Source: Acidobacteriota bacterium
GTDB taxonomy: Bacteria; Acidobacteriota; Polarisedimenticolia; Gp22-AA2
Direction: 5' to 3'
Length of the DNA stretch: 64,000 nt
NCBI GenBank assembly: GCA_003223135.1
Contig: QHXX01000038.1
Span: 27,672-91,671 of the forward strand
Positions within the stretch are counted from its first letter, which is position 1; each line of letters opens with the position of its first letter. Positions 28,177-38,650 of this stretch are shown here, in pieces. Position numbers and translations under genes: made by a program. The notes below the pieces were generated by a model, which was given only the letters and a program-made list of their open reading frames with translations, had not been told where the DNA came from and ran no database searches.

Positions 28177-29336
28177 CGCGCCCCCGCCAGCGCCACGACT
28201 TTCTTCGCGGCGTCCAGCATCCCTTCGGCCAGGGTGAAATTGAGTCCCGATTCCTGCAGAATGCGTCGCCCCTCGTCGACGTTCGTCCCCTCCAGGCGCG
28301 CGACGACCGGTACGCGCAGCTCCACCTTCCTGACGGCGTCCACCAGACCGCGCGCCAGGACGTCCACGCGCAGGATCCCGCCGAAGATGTTGATCAGGAC
28401 GGCCTTCACGTTCTGATCCGCGAGGAGGATCTTGAACGCGGAGGCGACCTGCTCGGAGGTGGCGCCGCCGCCCACATCCAGGAAGTTGGCCGGCTCGCCG
28501 CCCACGAGCTTGATGATGTCCATGGTCGCCATTGCCAGGCCGGCGCCGTTCACCATGCATCCCACGTTCCCCTGCAGCTTGATGTAGTTGAGCCCGTGGG
28601 CCGAGGCCTCGACCTCGAGCGGGTCCTCCTCCTCCGGGTCCCTCAGCTCCCGGATCTCGGGGTGGCGGAAAAGCGCGTTGTCGTCGAAGCTCATCTTCGC
28701 GTCCAGGGCGAGGAGCCCGCCCTGCCGCGTCACGACCAGTGGATTGATCTCCAGGAGCGACGCGTCGGTCTCCACGTAGGCCGCAACCATGGCCTGCATC
28801 AGCCGCGCGGCGCGCGCCACCTCCTCGCCCTTCAGGCCGAGCGCGTAGCCAATGCGGCGCGCTTGATACGGGCGGAAGCCGACGAGCGGGTCGACCGGCT
28901 CGACCCGGAGGGCCGAGGGATCCTTGCGGGCGACCTCCTCGATGTCCATGCCGCCTCGACCCGATCCCATCACCACGGGAACGGAGCGACCCCGGTCGAG
29001 CGTGACTCCCAGGTAGATCTCTCGAGCGATGTCGACCGGCTCTTCAATCAAGAGACGCCGCACCCTCTTGCCCTGCGGGCCGGTCTGGGGCGTCACCAGG
29101 TTCATGCCGATCATCTGCCGCGCCAGGCGCTCCGCCTCCTCGACGTCGCCGGCGATCTTGACTCCGCCGCCCTTGCCGCGCCCGCCGGCATGGATCTGCG
29201 CCTTGACGACGCACCGTCCGCCGAGCCGCGAGGCGATGGCGCCGGCCTCTTTCGGGCTGAAGGCGACATCACCCCTCGGCACGTCGATCCCGAAGCGCTT
29301 CAGGATCTGCTTGGCCTGATATTCGTGGATCTTCAT
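28173..29336 (-). CDS. sucC: succinate--CoA ligase beta subunit
   Basis: [15 protein letters not shown]-grasp, GGxxxGGG region; start trimmed to MKIHEY. Confidence 0.95.
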   Translation of the reverse strand: MKIHEYQAKQILKRFGIDVPRGDVAFSPKEAGAIASRLGGRCVVKAQIHAGGRGKGGGVKIAGDVEEAERLARQMIGMNLVTPQTGPQGKRVRRLLIEEPVDIAREIYLGVTLDRGRSVPVVMGSGRGGMDIEEVARKDPSALRVEPVDPLVGFRPYQARRIGYALGLKGEEVARAARLMQAMVAAYVETDASLLEINPLVVTRQGGLLALDAKMSFDDNALFRHPEIRELRDPEEEDPLEVEASAHGLNYIKLQGNVGCMVNGAGLAMATMDIIKLVGGEPANFLDVGGGATSEQVASAFKILLADQNVKAVLINIFGGILRVDVLARGLVDAVRKVELRVPVVARLEGTNVDEGRRILQESGLNFTLAEGMLDAAKKVVALAGAR

Positions 29337-29396
29337 CAGCACGACCCCGCGCGCGCCTGCGCCGCGCAAAACGGGCCTTTCGGACAAGGGCCATCC

Positions 29397-29425
29397 TATA
29401 TAGCATCCGGCCAGGATCGTGTCAA
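29397..29425 (-). promoter_or_regulatory. putative sigma70 promoter for sucCD-ndk (TTGACA-N17-TATATA on minus strand)
   Basis: Revcomp of 29420-29425 is TTGACA; 17-nt spacer; revcomp of 29397-29402 is TATATA; about 55-60 nt upstream of sucC ATG. Confidence 0.45.
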
Positions 29426-29434
29426 ACCATTGTT

Positions 29435-29463
29435 TTGACAGCCCTTTCCTGCTCTGCTACGAT
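29435..29463 (+). promoter_or_regulatory. putative sigma70 promoter for dacB (TTGACA-N17-TACGAT)
   Basis: TTGACA 29435-29440, 17-nt spacer, TACGAT 29458-29463, about 33 nt upstream of dacB ATG; shares palindrome TGTCAAA-N7-TTTGACA with the divergent sucC promoter. Confidence 0.45.
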
Positions 29464-29496
29464 GCGCTCGCCATCCTAGTTGGAGTCGCTCGCTCG

Positions 29497-31110
29497 ATGC
29501 AGCAGAACACTCCACAGCCCGAGCGGCCCCGTCGTCCGTCCGGGCCGGCCTGCATCGTTTCGCTCGTCGCTCTCCTGACCCTTGCGGGCATAACGCCACG
29601 CGCCCGCGCCTCCGAAAGCCCTCCCGCCCCGATGCCTCTTGCCGAACGCCTGGCGCCTCTCGTGCGCGCTCCCGCCTTGAGCCCGGACGAGACCGGCATC
29701 GCCATTCTCTTGCTCCCGGAGGGGCGCCCGATCTTCACGCGCAACGCCGATCGGCCTCTTCTGCCGGCCTCGACTCTCAAGATCCTCACCAGCGCTGCCG
29801 CGCTGGCGCTCCTGAAACCCGAGTTCCTCTACCAGACACGCATCTTCGCCGACGCGCCCATCGATGCCGCGGGGACCGTCGCCGGGAATCTCTACATCCA
29901 GGGATTCGGGGCGCCCGACCTGATCGCCGAGTCGTGGTGGCTGTTGGCGAAAAGGCTCTCGGCCCTGGGGCTGCGCCGGGTCGACGGAGATTTGGTCGCG
30001 GATGAGTCGTACTTCGACACGGTGCGCCGGCCGCCGGGCTGGCCCCAGCTTGCGGCGGACTCCTGGTACAACGCCCCGGTCGGCGCTCTCTCCTGCAACT
30101 TCAACGTGGTCACGGTGACCGTCGACCCGTCCCCGCTCCTCGGAGCGCGTCCCGACCTCACCCTCGAGCCGGCCGCCTCCTACTTCCAGGTCCTGAACCG
30201 GGCGACGACGACCACCGGCCCGAATTCTCTGAGCGTGTCGCGTTCGTTCGAAAATGGCCAGAACGGGCTCGTCGTCACCGGCACGATCAGGCGGGGTAGC
30301 GGGCCGGCCGTGTTCCACCGGGCGGTCGAAGAGCCTGCCCTCTACGCCCTGCACACCTTCCGCGAGATCGCGCGCTCGGAGCGCATCGAGATCAAGGGCA
30401 ATCTCGCGGTCGGCGCGGTGCCCGACAAGGCGCGCGAGCTGCACGCCCACGAGTCGCGTCCGCTCGGGGCGCTGGTGCGCGACATGAACAAGAACAGCAA
30501 CAACTTCATGGCCGAGATGCTGGTGAAGACGCTGGCGGCCCAGTTCGTTGGGACGCCGGGCACGACGGCCGCGGGGCTCGATGTGATAAGGAACTACATC
30601 GCCGGTCTCGGCATCGACGTGTCGGGCGTGCGCCTCATGGACGGCTCCGGCCTGTCGGACGAGGACAGAGTACCGGCACGCGTGCTCGCCGAGGTCCTGG
30701 CGCGCTTCTGGGGCGACTTCGAGATTGGCCCGGAGCTGGTGGCGTCGCTCCCGATCGGCGGCGCCGACGGGACGCTCGACGAGCGCTTCGGCGGTGAGGG
30801 ATCGCGGCGCCGCGTGCGCGCCAAGACGGGACGGATCGCCGGCGCCCTGACGCTCGCCGGCTACGCCGCCAACCGGGACGGCCGCACGCTCGCCTTCGTG
30901 GTGCTCGCCGGCCGGCCGCGCGGCACGATCGACGCCGTGCACCGCGCCATCGACCGGCTGGTGGACGAGGTCGTCGCGAGCACCGACGCCGATCTCGGGC
31001 TCAACCCCGCCGGGGCAGGTGCTCCGCCGGGAATCAGACCTGAAGCTTCGACACCAGCTCCCGTACCGCGGCCGCCGAGCGGTCCAGCGACGACTTCTCC
31101 TCGACGGTGA
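29497..31110 (+). CDS. dacB: D-alanyl-D-alanine carboxypeptidase/endopeptidase (PBP4, peptidase S13)
   Basis: Signal peptide, active-site STLK ([14 protein letters not shown]), SDN-like and KTG (RAKTGRIAG) motifs; 3' end overlaps mdh stop convergently (about 77 nt). Confidence 0.85.
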   Translation: MQQNTPQPERPRRPSGPACIVSLVALLTLAGITPRARASESPPAPMPLAERLAPLVRAPALSPDETGIAILLLPEGRPIFTRNADRPLLPASTLKILTSAAALALLKPEFLYQTRIFADAPIDAAGTVAGNLYIQGFGAPDLIAESWWLLAKRLSALGLRRVDGDLVADESYFDTVRRPPGWPQLAADSWYNAPVGALSCNFNVVTVTVDPSPLLGARPDLTLEPAASYFQVLNRATTTTGPNSLSVSRSFENGQNGLVVTGTIRRGSGPAVFHRAVEEPALYALHTFREIARSERIEIKGNLAVGAVPDKARELHAHESRPLGALVRDMNKNSNNFMAEMLVKTLAAQFVGTPGTTAAGLDVIRNYIAGLGIDVSGVRLMDGSGLSDEDRVPARVLAEVLARFWGDFEIGPELVASLPIGGADGTLDERFGGEGSRRRVRAKTGRIAGALTLAGYAANRDGRTLAFVVLAGRPRGTIDAVHRAIDRLVDEVVASTDADLGLNPAGAGAPPGIRPEASTPAPVPRPPSGPATTSPRR

Positions 31111-31960
31111 GTTTGATCTCGATGACCTTCTCCAGCCCCCTCGCCCCCAGCCGGGCCGGCACGCCAAGGAACAGATCGCGGTAGCCGTACTCGCCGTTCA
31201 GGTAGACGGCGCAGGGCAGGATCCTGTGCCGGTCGAGCAGGATCGCCTCGACCATCTGGACGATGGAGGACGCCGGGGCGTAGTACGCGCTGCCGGCCTT
31301 CAGGAGGTTGACGACCTCGATCCCGCCGTCGCGCGTGCGCTGCACGATCGCGTCGATCGTCTCCTTCGTCAGGAGCTCGGTGATCGGGATACCCGAGACG
31401 GTCGAGTAGCGCGGCAGCGGCACCATGGTGTCCCCGTGGCCGCCGAGAACGAAGGCGTGCGTGTTCTCGACCGACACGCCCAGGGCCTCGGCGATGAAGA
31501 AGCGCATGCGCGCCGAGTCGAGAACACCGGCCATCCCGAGCACCCTCTCACGCGGGAAACCGCTGACCTTGAGGGCGGTATGCGCCATGGCGTCGAGCGG
31601 GTTGCTCACGACGATGAGCACGGCGCGGGGCGAGCGGCGGGCCACCTCTTCGGTGACTCCCTTGACGATCTCGAAATTTTTCTGCAAGAGGTCGTCCCGG
31701 CTCATCCCGGGCTTGCGCGGCAAGCCTGAGGTGATGACCACGACGTCGGAGTCGCGCGTTTCCTCGTAACCGTTGCTTCCCGCAAGTCGCGCGTCGTAGC
31801 CATCCACCGGGCCGGCCTCGTTCAGGTCCAGCGCCTTTCCCTGCGGCAGCCCTTCGATGATGTCCACCATGACCACGTCCGCCAGGCGCCGGAGCACGAT
31901 CCGCTCGGCGGCCGAGGCGCCGACGTTGCCGGCGCCGATGATCGAGACCTTTCTGCGCAT
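31034..31960 (-). CDS. mdh: malate dehydrogenase (LDH-like MDH family)
   Basis: IIGAGNVG Rossmann, substrate Arg ([13 protein letters not shown]), catalytic His (VLGGHGD). Confidence 0.9.
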   Translation of the reverse strand: MRRKVSIIGAGNVGASAAERIVLRRLADVVMVDIIEGLPQGKALDLNEAGPVDGYDARLAGSNGYEETRDSDVVVITSGLPRKPGMSRDDLLQKNFEIVKGVTEEVARRSPRAVLIVVSNPLDAMAHTALKVSGFPRERVLGMAGVLDSARMRFFIAEALGVSVENTHAFVLGGHGDTMVPLPRYSTVSGIPITELLTKETIDAIVQRTRDGGIEVVNLLKAGSAYYAPASSIVQMVEAILLDRHRILPCAVYLNGEYGYRDLFLGVPARLGARGLEKVIEIKLTVEEKSSLDRSAAAVRELVSKLQV

Positions 31961-31970
31961 CGTCCTCCCC

Positions 31971-33221
31971 TCAGCTCCCCTCTTCGATTTTGGAGATCAC
32001 GACATCGGCGAACTCCGAGCATTTCACCGTAACGGCGCCCTCCATGTGGCGCGCCAGATCGTAGGTGACGTGCTTCGTGCTGATCGCCGCCTGTATCCCT
32101 TCCACGATCAGCGCCGCGGCCTCCAACCAGCTCATGTACTCGAACATCATCGCGCCCGAGAGGATGAGCGAGCCGGGGTTGACCTTGTCCAGGCCGGCGT
32201 AGCCCGGAGCGGTGCCGTGCGTCGCCTCGAACACCGCCGTCGTGTCGCCGATGTTGGCGCCGGGCGCCAGCCCGAGCCCGCCGACCTGCGCCACCGCCGC
32301 GTCGGACAGGTAGTCGCCGTTCAGGTTCGGCGTGGCCACGACGGAATACTCCGAGGGGCGGATCAGGATCTGCTGGAACATCGAGTCGGCGATGCGGTCC
32401 TTGATCACCACCTTGCTCGGAGGGGCGGGCCGGCTTCCCTTCGCGACGTCCTCTTCGGTGATGGTGAACTCGGGAAACTCCTCCTTCGCCACCTGGTAGC
32501 CCCACTCCTTGAAGGCCCCCTCGGTGTATTTCATGATGTTCCCCTTGTGCATCAGCGCGACGCTCGGCTTCTTGCGCTCGATGGCGTACTTGATCGCCTT
32601 GCGGACCAGCTGCTTGCTGGCACGGGCGCTCATGGTCTTCACGCCGATCGCCGAGTCCGCCGAGATGGCGCAGCCCATCTCTCGATTCAGGAACTCGATC
32701 ACCTTGCGGCACTTCTCGGTCCCCTCGCGCCACTCGATGCCGGCGTACACGTCCTCGGTATTCTCACGGAAGATCGTGAGGTCGACGTCCTGGGGGTTCT
32801 TCACGGGCGACGGCACGCCCTCGAAGTAGCGAATGGGCCGGATGCAGGCGTACAGGTTCAGCTCCTGACGCAGCGTGACGTTGAGGCTGCGGTAGCCGCC
32901 CCCGATCGGCGTCGTCAGGGGGCCCTTGATGGCGACCGTGTAGGTGCGGATCGCCTCCAGCGTGTCCTGCGGCAGCCATTCGCCGTACTTGTCGCGCGCC
33001 TTGCCGCCGGCGTACACCTCGAACCAGTGGATCTGGCGCTTGCCGCCGTAGGCTTTCTTCACTGCCGCGTCCAGGACACGGCGGGCGGCGGCCCAGATGT
33101 CGGGGCCGATGCCGTCCCCTTCGATGAAGGGCAGGATCGGATGGGACGGAACTTTGAGCTGCCCGTCCTCGACCTCGATCCGCTTTCCCTCGAGCGGGAC
33201 ATTCAACTTTTCGAATTTCAA
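31971..33221 (-). CDS. icd: isocitrate dehydrogenase (NADP-dependent, prokaryotic homodimeric type)
   Basis: Full-length about 416 aa with IDH signatures ([28 protein letters not shown]). Confidence 0.95.
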   Translation of the reverse strand: MKFEKLNVPLEGKRIEVEDGQLKVPSHPILPFIEGDGIGPDIWAAARRVLDAAVKKAYGGKRQIHWFEVYAGGKARDKYGEWLPQDTLEAIRTYTVAIKGPLTTPIGGGYRSLNVTLRQELNLYACIRPIRYFEGVPSPVKNPQDVDLTIFRENTEDVYAGIEWREGTEKCRKVIEFLNREMGCAISADSAIGVKTMSARASKQLVRKAIKYAIERKKPSVALMHKGNIMKYTEGAFKEWGYQVAKEEFPEFTITEEDVAKGSRPAPPSKVVIKDRIADSMFQQILIRPSEYSVVATPNLNGDYLSDAAVAQVGGLGLAPGANIGDTTAVFEATHGTAPGYAGLDKVNPGSLILSGAMMFEYMSWLEAAALIVEGIQAAISTKHVTYDLARHMEGAVTVKCSEFADVVISKIEEGS

Positions 33222-33342
33222 GATGACGGTCTCCTCGCGTCCCCTCCCCGCCGCGTGGCCGCGGCTTCGGGCCCGGTGGGAAACGGCACGGACGCTCTGA
33301 ATGCGGAATGGGCGGTGAATCTAGCACAGCGCCGGGTCAGGT

Positions 33343-34152
33343 TCAATACTGGACCAGCGACCCTTCCTGCCGCGCCTTGCGCACCGCGAAGCGGAAGGCC
33401 AGGATGCCGATTGGCAGGAGGACGGCGACGAACAGCACCAGGACCTCGATGTCGGGCAGCAGCTCGGAGAAACGGCTGCCGCGCAGGAGGGCGCGGCGGA
33501 GGGCGCGCAGCGCGTAGGTGATCGGCAGGAGATGCGACCAGCCGCCGAGCCACCTCGGCATGTCCTCCGGCGGGTAGAACACCCCGCCCACCAGGGCCGA
33601 GCCGCTCGCCACCAGATAGGTGATCGGGTCGCCGCGCTTGAGATAGAGCACGAAGGCGGCCGACAGGATGCCGATACCGGAGAAGGCCAGGACCGTCAGC
33701 GCGATGATCAAGAGCGCGGGAAGCAGGCTGTCGAGGTGTATCACGACGCCGAAGAACAGCCGCCCGACCACGAGGTATGCGATCACCTTGATCGAGGTGA
33801 GCAGAAACTCCCACAGCGACGACCCCAGAACGATCGTCCCGATGGGTGTCGGCGTCAGCAGCATCGCTTCGAGCGTTCCCGTCATCTGCTCGCCGCGCAC
33901 CTTGCCACCGAACGACATGAGGGCCGAGGACAGGTAGTGCAGGAGCGCCAGCCCCAGGAGTACGTACGCGAAGTAGTCGACCCCTTCCAGGCCGGGTGTC
34001 GTCGGCGGCGCGTTCACCACGCGCGACACGAAGTACCAGATCAGGACCGAGAAGACGATCCCGAAGGCCTGCAGCAGGAACGAGGTCCGGTACGAGACCT
34101 CGATGAGGAAGTCGCGCTTGATGAAGGCGACGAGCGTCCGCAGGGTCTTCAT
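33343..34152 (-). CDS. ABC-2 type transporter permease
   Basis: 269 aa, 6 TM helices, ABC-2 family pattern; 4-nt overlap with upstream ATPase gene; internal ATG (MKTLRTLVAF) of ORF 33343..34224. Confidence 0.75.
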   Translation of the reverse strand: MKTLRTLVAFIKRDFLIEVSYRTSFLLQAFGIVFSVLIWYFVSRVVNAPPTTPGLEGVDYFAYVLLGLALLHYLSSALMSFGGKVRGEQMTGTLEAMLLTPTPIGTIVLGSSLWEFLLTSIKVIAYLVVGRLFFGVVIHLDSLLPALLIIALTVLAFSGIGILSAAFVLYLKRGDPITYLVASGSALVGGVFYPPEDMPRWLGGWSHLLPITYALRALRRALLRGSRFSELLPDIEVLVLFVAVLLPIGILAFRFAVRKARQEGSLVQY

Positions 34153-35150
34153 CCGATCCGTCCTCCCGGATCCGGCTCCATCAGGTCGAACACTTCCTGG
34201 AGACTGGGTTCGCGCCGCGCGCACGACACAATCGTTCCGCGCGAATCGAGGATCGCCCGGAGGAGATCGGAGAAGGCGCGCCCGTCCCGTTCCACTTCGG
34301 CGGCCAGGCGCGCGATGCCGTCGTCCTGCCGTTCCACCTCGAGGCGCCAGCGCGGGTCGGACGGCGGGGCCTCCAGGCCCCTCACCGACAGGACGTAGTG
34401 ATCCCTGCCCGGCAGGCCGGCGGTGATCGCCGCCACGCTCCCCTGTCGCACGATACGACCGCGATCAAGCACGACGAGGCGACTGCACATCTCCTCCGCC
34501 TCCGGAAGATTGTGCGTCGCCAGGAGCACCGTCTTGCCGCGCTGCCGGTTGAGGCGATCCACGACGAACCGCCGCAAGTGCTTGGCCGCGATCGGATCGA
34601 GGCTGCGCGTCGGCTCGTCCAGGCACAGGACCGGCGGGTCGTGAAGCAGGGCTCGTGCGATCGCCAGGCGCTGCTTCATGCCGGTCGAATAGCTCATGAA
34701 CGACCGGTCCGCGACCGACTCCATATCCATCTCCCGCAGGAGGTCGGCCGACACCCGGCGGGCAGAGGCAGCGTCGAGGCCGTAGAGGCGGGCGAAGAAA
34801 TCGAGGTTTTCGCGGCCCGAGAGCCGCCAATAGAACGATCGCTCGTCGGAGGTCACGAAGCCGATCGAGCGCTTGACGGCGCGGTCGTCCTGCGCCACGT
34901 CGACGCCGATCACGAGCGCCCGTCCAGACGTCGGAAGAACGAGCCCGGTGAGGATCTTGAGGAACGTCGTCTTCCCGGCCCCGTTGGGACCCAGGAGGCC
35001 GAAGATCTCTCCGGTGCGTGTCTCCAGGCTCAAGCCGGAAAGCGCCGTGACCGGCTCCGCCCGCCGGAAGGGGCGGAGCGCGACCTCCCGCAGCGATCGC
35101 CGCTTCACATACACCTTGGTGAGGTTCTCGGCCAGGATCGCCACGGACAT
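34149..35150 (-). CDS. ABC transporter ATP-binding protein with C-terminal DUF4162-like extension
   Basis: Walker A GPNGAGKTT, signature YSTGMKQRL, Walker B VLCLDEPT, H-loop LLATHN; GGAGGAGGGGG RBS; internal ATG of ORF 34149..36734. Confidence 0.9.
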   Translation of the reverse strand: MSVAILAENLTKVYVKRRSLREVALRPFRRAEPVTALSGLSLETRTGEIFGLLGPNGAGKTTFLKILTGLVLPTSGRALVIGVDVAQDDRAVKRSIGFVTSDERSFYWRLSGRENLDFFARLYGLDAASARRVSADLLREMDMESVADRSFMSYSTGMKQRLAIARALLHDPPVLCLDEPTRSLDPIAAKHLRRFVVDRLNRQRGKTVLLATHNLPEAEEMCSRLVVLDRGRIVRQGSVAAITAGLPGRDHYVLSVRGLEAPPSDPRWRLEVERQDDGIARLAAEVERDGRAFSDLLRAILDSRGTIVSCARREPSLQEVFDLMEPDPGGRIG

Positions 35151-35182
35151 TGCCGCCCCCTCCTCCGGCGCCGGCGACCGGG

Positions 35183-38100
35183 TCAGCGCCCTTCGAGTCG
35201 CCGGGTGTTCCAGGTCTTGCGGTACTCCCGGTGCTCGGTGTCGTCCGGGTACGCCTCGCCGTCCGGGTACGGGTAGGCCGACATGCCATGGAACGGCAGC
35301 GGCTCGACGGTCTCCGGGTAGGCGGTGTGCGGATCCATGTCCTTGCAGTAGCCGTTGGCGTACAGAAGGAAACTGCGCGTCCACCCTTTCGGCAACTTCG
35401 GCAATCCCTGCGCGGGGAACTCCAGGGTGACCTCCTCCCCCTTGCCGAAGATCACGAAGCGATCGTCGGTGCGGGTGAGCAGGTCGGTGACCCGACCGAA
35501 GCGCGTGTAGTCGCCTGTCGTGACCTTGAACGGCTGCGTGTTGTCCAGGATCCCGTAGTCGTAGATCTTCGGTTCGCGACCGTCCGGGCTGTGCTCCCTC
35601 GGGAAGCCTCTGCGGTGCAGGTGCGCGCCGTTCGCCTTGATTTCGCTCACCTTCACCGACTCCGCCATCGGCGCCTCTGCGAGCGGCTCCGCGATGAAGA
35701 TCTGATCCCAGAAGAGGCGCATGTTGGTGCGCAGACGGAGGCGGCGGGAGGAAAGCGGCGCCAGGCCGGAGAGATCGACGCTGATCATGCGCGGCAGCCC
35801 CGGCGGGAAGCCCATCGGGTCGAGGACCGGTCGGAAGACACGCTCGTCCGTGTCCTCCATCTCCAGGACGGGCGCCGTCAGCCGGACGCCGGCCTGGTAG
35901 GCGGCGTAGTTCGAGGACGAGTATTCGAAGTCGACCCAGCCGTAGAGGAAGAGGACCGGGCGCCGCAACCGCGTGACGGCGTCGGGGAACTCGAGCGTCA
36001 GGTGGTGCATCTCGGCGAATCCCGCCCGGCGATCCAGACGAAAATCGTCCGGATACGTCCGATCGATCGTGAGGATCCTGTCGGTCACCTCGCGGTTGTG
36101 GTGGTCGGTGGCGCGGGACGGGAAGAGGCGAGCCCCTTTCTCGACCGCCAGGACGCGGTACGGCTGGCGCTCCTTGCCGCCGAACGCCCCGAGAGGATAG
36201 ACATCGATGTCCTTCGGGTGATCGAGGGCGAGGAGCTTCGTCTCGTCCAGGTAGGTCACCTCCTCCAGGTTCTCCAGCACCTGGATCACATAGGCGCCGT
36301 CGCGCGGCGCGAGCTGAGACGGCTCGACCTTCACGTACTCCTCGGGTTGAGGCGTGCCGTACACGCCCGGCGCCGTCCACAGACCGAGCCCGCCGACGCC
36401 CAGGAAGTCGGTCACGAAGCCGTACTTGTTTCCGTTCCAGGCAAACAGGAGCGGACACGACGACCCCTTGCGATCGAGCTCCGTTTCGTCCACCCTCTGC
36501 CCCGCCGGCACGTCCATCTCGGCCTGCAGGACGCCCCCGGGCCACAGCAGGCGCACGACGTCGGCCAGCGACCGCCCGCCCAGGCCGAAGTGCGCCGTGG
36601 GCGGGGATTGCGACAGGTAGCCGGCGCCCGCCTGCACCTCGCGCCGCTGCCAGGTCGGGCCGGCAAGCGCTTCGATTTTGGTTCCGATGCCATCCTTGTT
36701 GCTGTTCAAGCCGTGCGGGGCGACCTCCAACCATCGGTTCCGATTGCCGCCCTCGTTACGCAGCAGGATCGGCGGGCCACCATTCTCCGTCACGATCAGG
36801 TCGAGATCGCCGTCGCCGTCCAGGTCGGCGGCCGCCGCCCCGCGGCCGTCCTTCACCGGAATCTGCCGCAGGCCGGCCTCGTCCGAGGCGTCCTTGAACC
36901 GGCCTTCGCCATCGTTCAGGTAGAGCAGAAGCTCCGACCCCGCGACGAACAGGTCCAGATCCCCGTCGTTGTCCGCATCGAACAGGACCGCGCCGAACAA
37001 CGACGCCCCCTTCGGCTTCGGGATCTCCTGCGACGTGAACGTCAGGTGCCCGCCGTTCAGGTAGAGACGCAGCGGAGCGTCGGCCCCCGCGGCGAACACG
37101 AGATCGGCCAGGCCGTCGCCGTCGACGTCGCCCGCCGCCACGCCGCGCCCGGCGCCGCGTGACGCGAGTCCCACCCCCCGTCCGCGCGCGGCCAACCCTT
37201 CTTCCCGGCGGTTCTCGAGCAGCGTGTCCTGTCCGCCGGCGGAGGAGACCACGGCATCGAGATCGCGGTCGGCGTCGAAGTCGGCGAACACCGACCCCAC
37301 GGTGCCGCCGGGCGGTCCGGAGAACTTCATCTCCGCCGCGGCCGGTTTGAATGCGCCGTCGCCCCCATTCAGGAGGAGGGTCGAAGAGACCGGGGTCTGC
37401 GAGCCGGGCGGTGGCAGCCGACTGACGAAGAGATCGAGGTCGCCGTCGTGATCGACATCGGCCCAGGAGGCCCCGAGGGCGAACCCCTTGATCGAGGCGC
37501 CGGCCTTCCGCGTGATGTCAGCGAAGTGTCCCTTCCCGTCATTCTCGAACAAGGCCCCGCCGCCCTGCCGGGTCAGGTACAGGTCCGCGTCCCCGTCATT
37601 GTCGAAGTCTCCCAGGACCGCCGCCATTCCCAGGCCTTCGAAGACGACACCCGAGGCCTGCGTCACGTCCTCGAACGTGAGGTCGCCCTTGTTGCGATAG
37701 AGGGCGGGTCGCGCCCTTCCGTCGGCCGAGGCGTTGGCGAACACCAGGTCGGGCTTCCCGTCCCCGTCGAAATCTCCGACCGAGAGGCCTGAACCGTAGC
37801 GCGCCGCCCGCGCCCCGGGGCCTCCGTCGCCGGAGGCGGGGGGACGCCCAGGCTCACCTCCCGGGCCTCCGTGCCGGAACGTGACGCCGGAGGCCCGCGT
37901 GGCGTCGCTGAAGCGGATGACAATCGGCCGGGCCTCGGCCTTCGGGCCGCCCAGCGCCGCGTAGTCGGTGATGACGAGCGCATAGCGACCCGCCTCGCCA
38001 TACTGGTTGCCGGTCGGGACCGCGAATTTCGGATTGGCCGACAGCTTCTGGTAGACGGCCATTTCCCTGTCGCCCTCGGTGCGTTTCCCGGACTGCAGGA

Positions 38101-38650
38101 GCGCACGCGCGAGCTGGTAACGGATGGACATGCTGTTTGGGTCGAGCTGGCGGGCGCGCTTCAGGGACGAGATCGCCGGGTCGAACTCCCGCTGGCGGGC
38201 GTGCAGGAGCCCCAGGTTGTACAGGATGTCCGCGTCTTCGGGGTCGAGGGCCCGGGCCTTCTCGAGGGCGACGATCGCCTCGGCCGTCTTTCCCTCGTTC
38301 TTGAGGACGAGACCCAGCCCGTAATGCCCCTGCGGCAGCTTCGGGTCCAGACGGATCGCCTCGAGAAACGCCTCCTTCGCCGCCGCCGTCTCGCGGGAAT
38401 AGAGGGCGGCCAGGCCCAAATTGACGAAGCCGGGCGCCCAGCCGGGAGCGCCCTCCGTCACCTTCCTGAATTCCTCCATTGCCTGCGCGTGCTTGTACTG
38501 CTCCATCTGGGCGGCGCCGCGGTTGTTGGCATGAATCACGTCGTCCAGGCTCGCGACTTTCGCCAGCGGCGGCTCGACCCCGGCACCCATGAAGAGGAGA
38601 AGACAGGCCGCCACGCCCGACCCCAGGCCTGCCGCCACGAGGCTTTTCAT
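35183..38650 (-). CDS. CRTAC1-family lipoprotein: N-terminal TPR repeats, FG-GAP/VCBS beta-propeller repeats, ASPIC/UnbV domain and about 500-aa C-terminal extension
   Basis: Lipobox-like MKSLVAAGLGSGVAAC; TPR repeats (aa about 40-230); repeated DxDxDGDxDL Ca-binding FG-GAP blades; ASPIC/UnbV signature (NKDGIGTKIE...GYLSQS...HFGLG); start ATG overlaps upstream stop (ATGA). Confidence 0.75.
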   Translation of the reverse strand: MKSLVAAGLGSGVAACLLLFMGAGVEPPLAKVASLDDVIHANNRGAAQMEQYKHAQAMEEFRKVTEGAPGWAPGFVNLGLAALYSRETAAAKEAFLEAIRLDPKLPQGHYGLGLVLKNEGKTAEAIVALEKARALDPEDADILYNLGLLHARQREFDPAISSLKRARQLDPNSMSIRYQLARALLQSGKRTEGDREMAVYQKLSANPKFAVPTGNQYGEAGRYALVITDYAALGGPKAEARPIVIRFSDATRASGVTFRHGGPGGEPGRPPASGDGGPGARAARYGSGLSVGDFDGDGKPDLVFANASADGRARPALYRNKGDLTFEDVTQASGVVFEGLGMAAVLGDFDNDGDADLYLTRQGGGALFENDGKGHFADITRKAGASIKGFALGASWADVDHDGDLDLFVSRLPPPGSQTPVSSTLLLNGGDGAFKPAAAEMKFSGPPGGTVGSVFADFDADRDLDAVVSSAGGQDTLLENRREEGLAARGRGVGLASRGAGRGVAAGDVDGDGLADLVFAAGADAPLRLYLNGGHLTFTSQEIPKPKGASLFGAVLFDADNDGDLDLFVAGSELLLYLNDGEGRFKDASDEAGLRQIPVKDGRGAAAADLDGDGDLDLIVTENGGPPILLRNEGGNRNRWLEVAPHGLNSNKDGIGTKIEALAGPTWQRREVQAGAGYLSQSPPTAHFGLGGRSLADVVRLLWPGGVLQAEMDVPAGQRVDETELDRKGSSCPLLFAWNGNKYGFVTDFLGVGGLGLWTAPGVYGTPQPEEYVKVEPSQLAPRDGAYVIQVLENLEEVTYLDETKLLALDHPKDIDVYPLGAFGGKERQPYRVLAVEKGARLFPSRATDHHNREVTDRILTIDRTYPDDFRLDRRAGFAEMHHLTLEFPDAVTRLRRPVLFLYGWVDFEYSSSNYAAYQAGVRLTAPVLEMEDTDERVFRPVLDPMGFPPGLPRMISVDLSGLAPLSSRRLRLRTNMRLFWDQIFIAEPLAEAPMAESVKVSEIKANGAHLHRRGFPREHSPDGREPKIYDYGILDNTQPFKVTTGDYTRFGRVTDLLTRTDDRFVIFGKGEEVTLEFPAQGLPKLPKGWTRSFLLYANGYCKDMDPHTAYPETVEPLPFHGMSAYPYPDGEAYPDDTEHREYRKTWNTRRLEGR

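Noticed and set aside
33222-33342. GC hairpin GCCGCG-TGGC-CGCGGC downstream of the ABC-2 permease, as a possible intrinsic terminator.
   Set aside because: There is no U-tract on either strand. In high-GC genomes such palindromes are common and not diagnostic. It was left unannotated.
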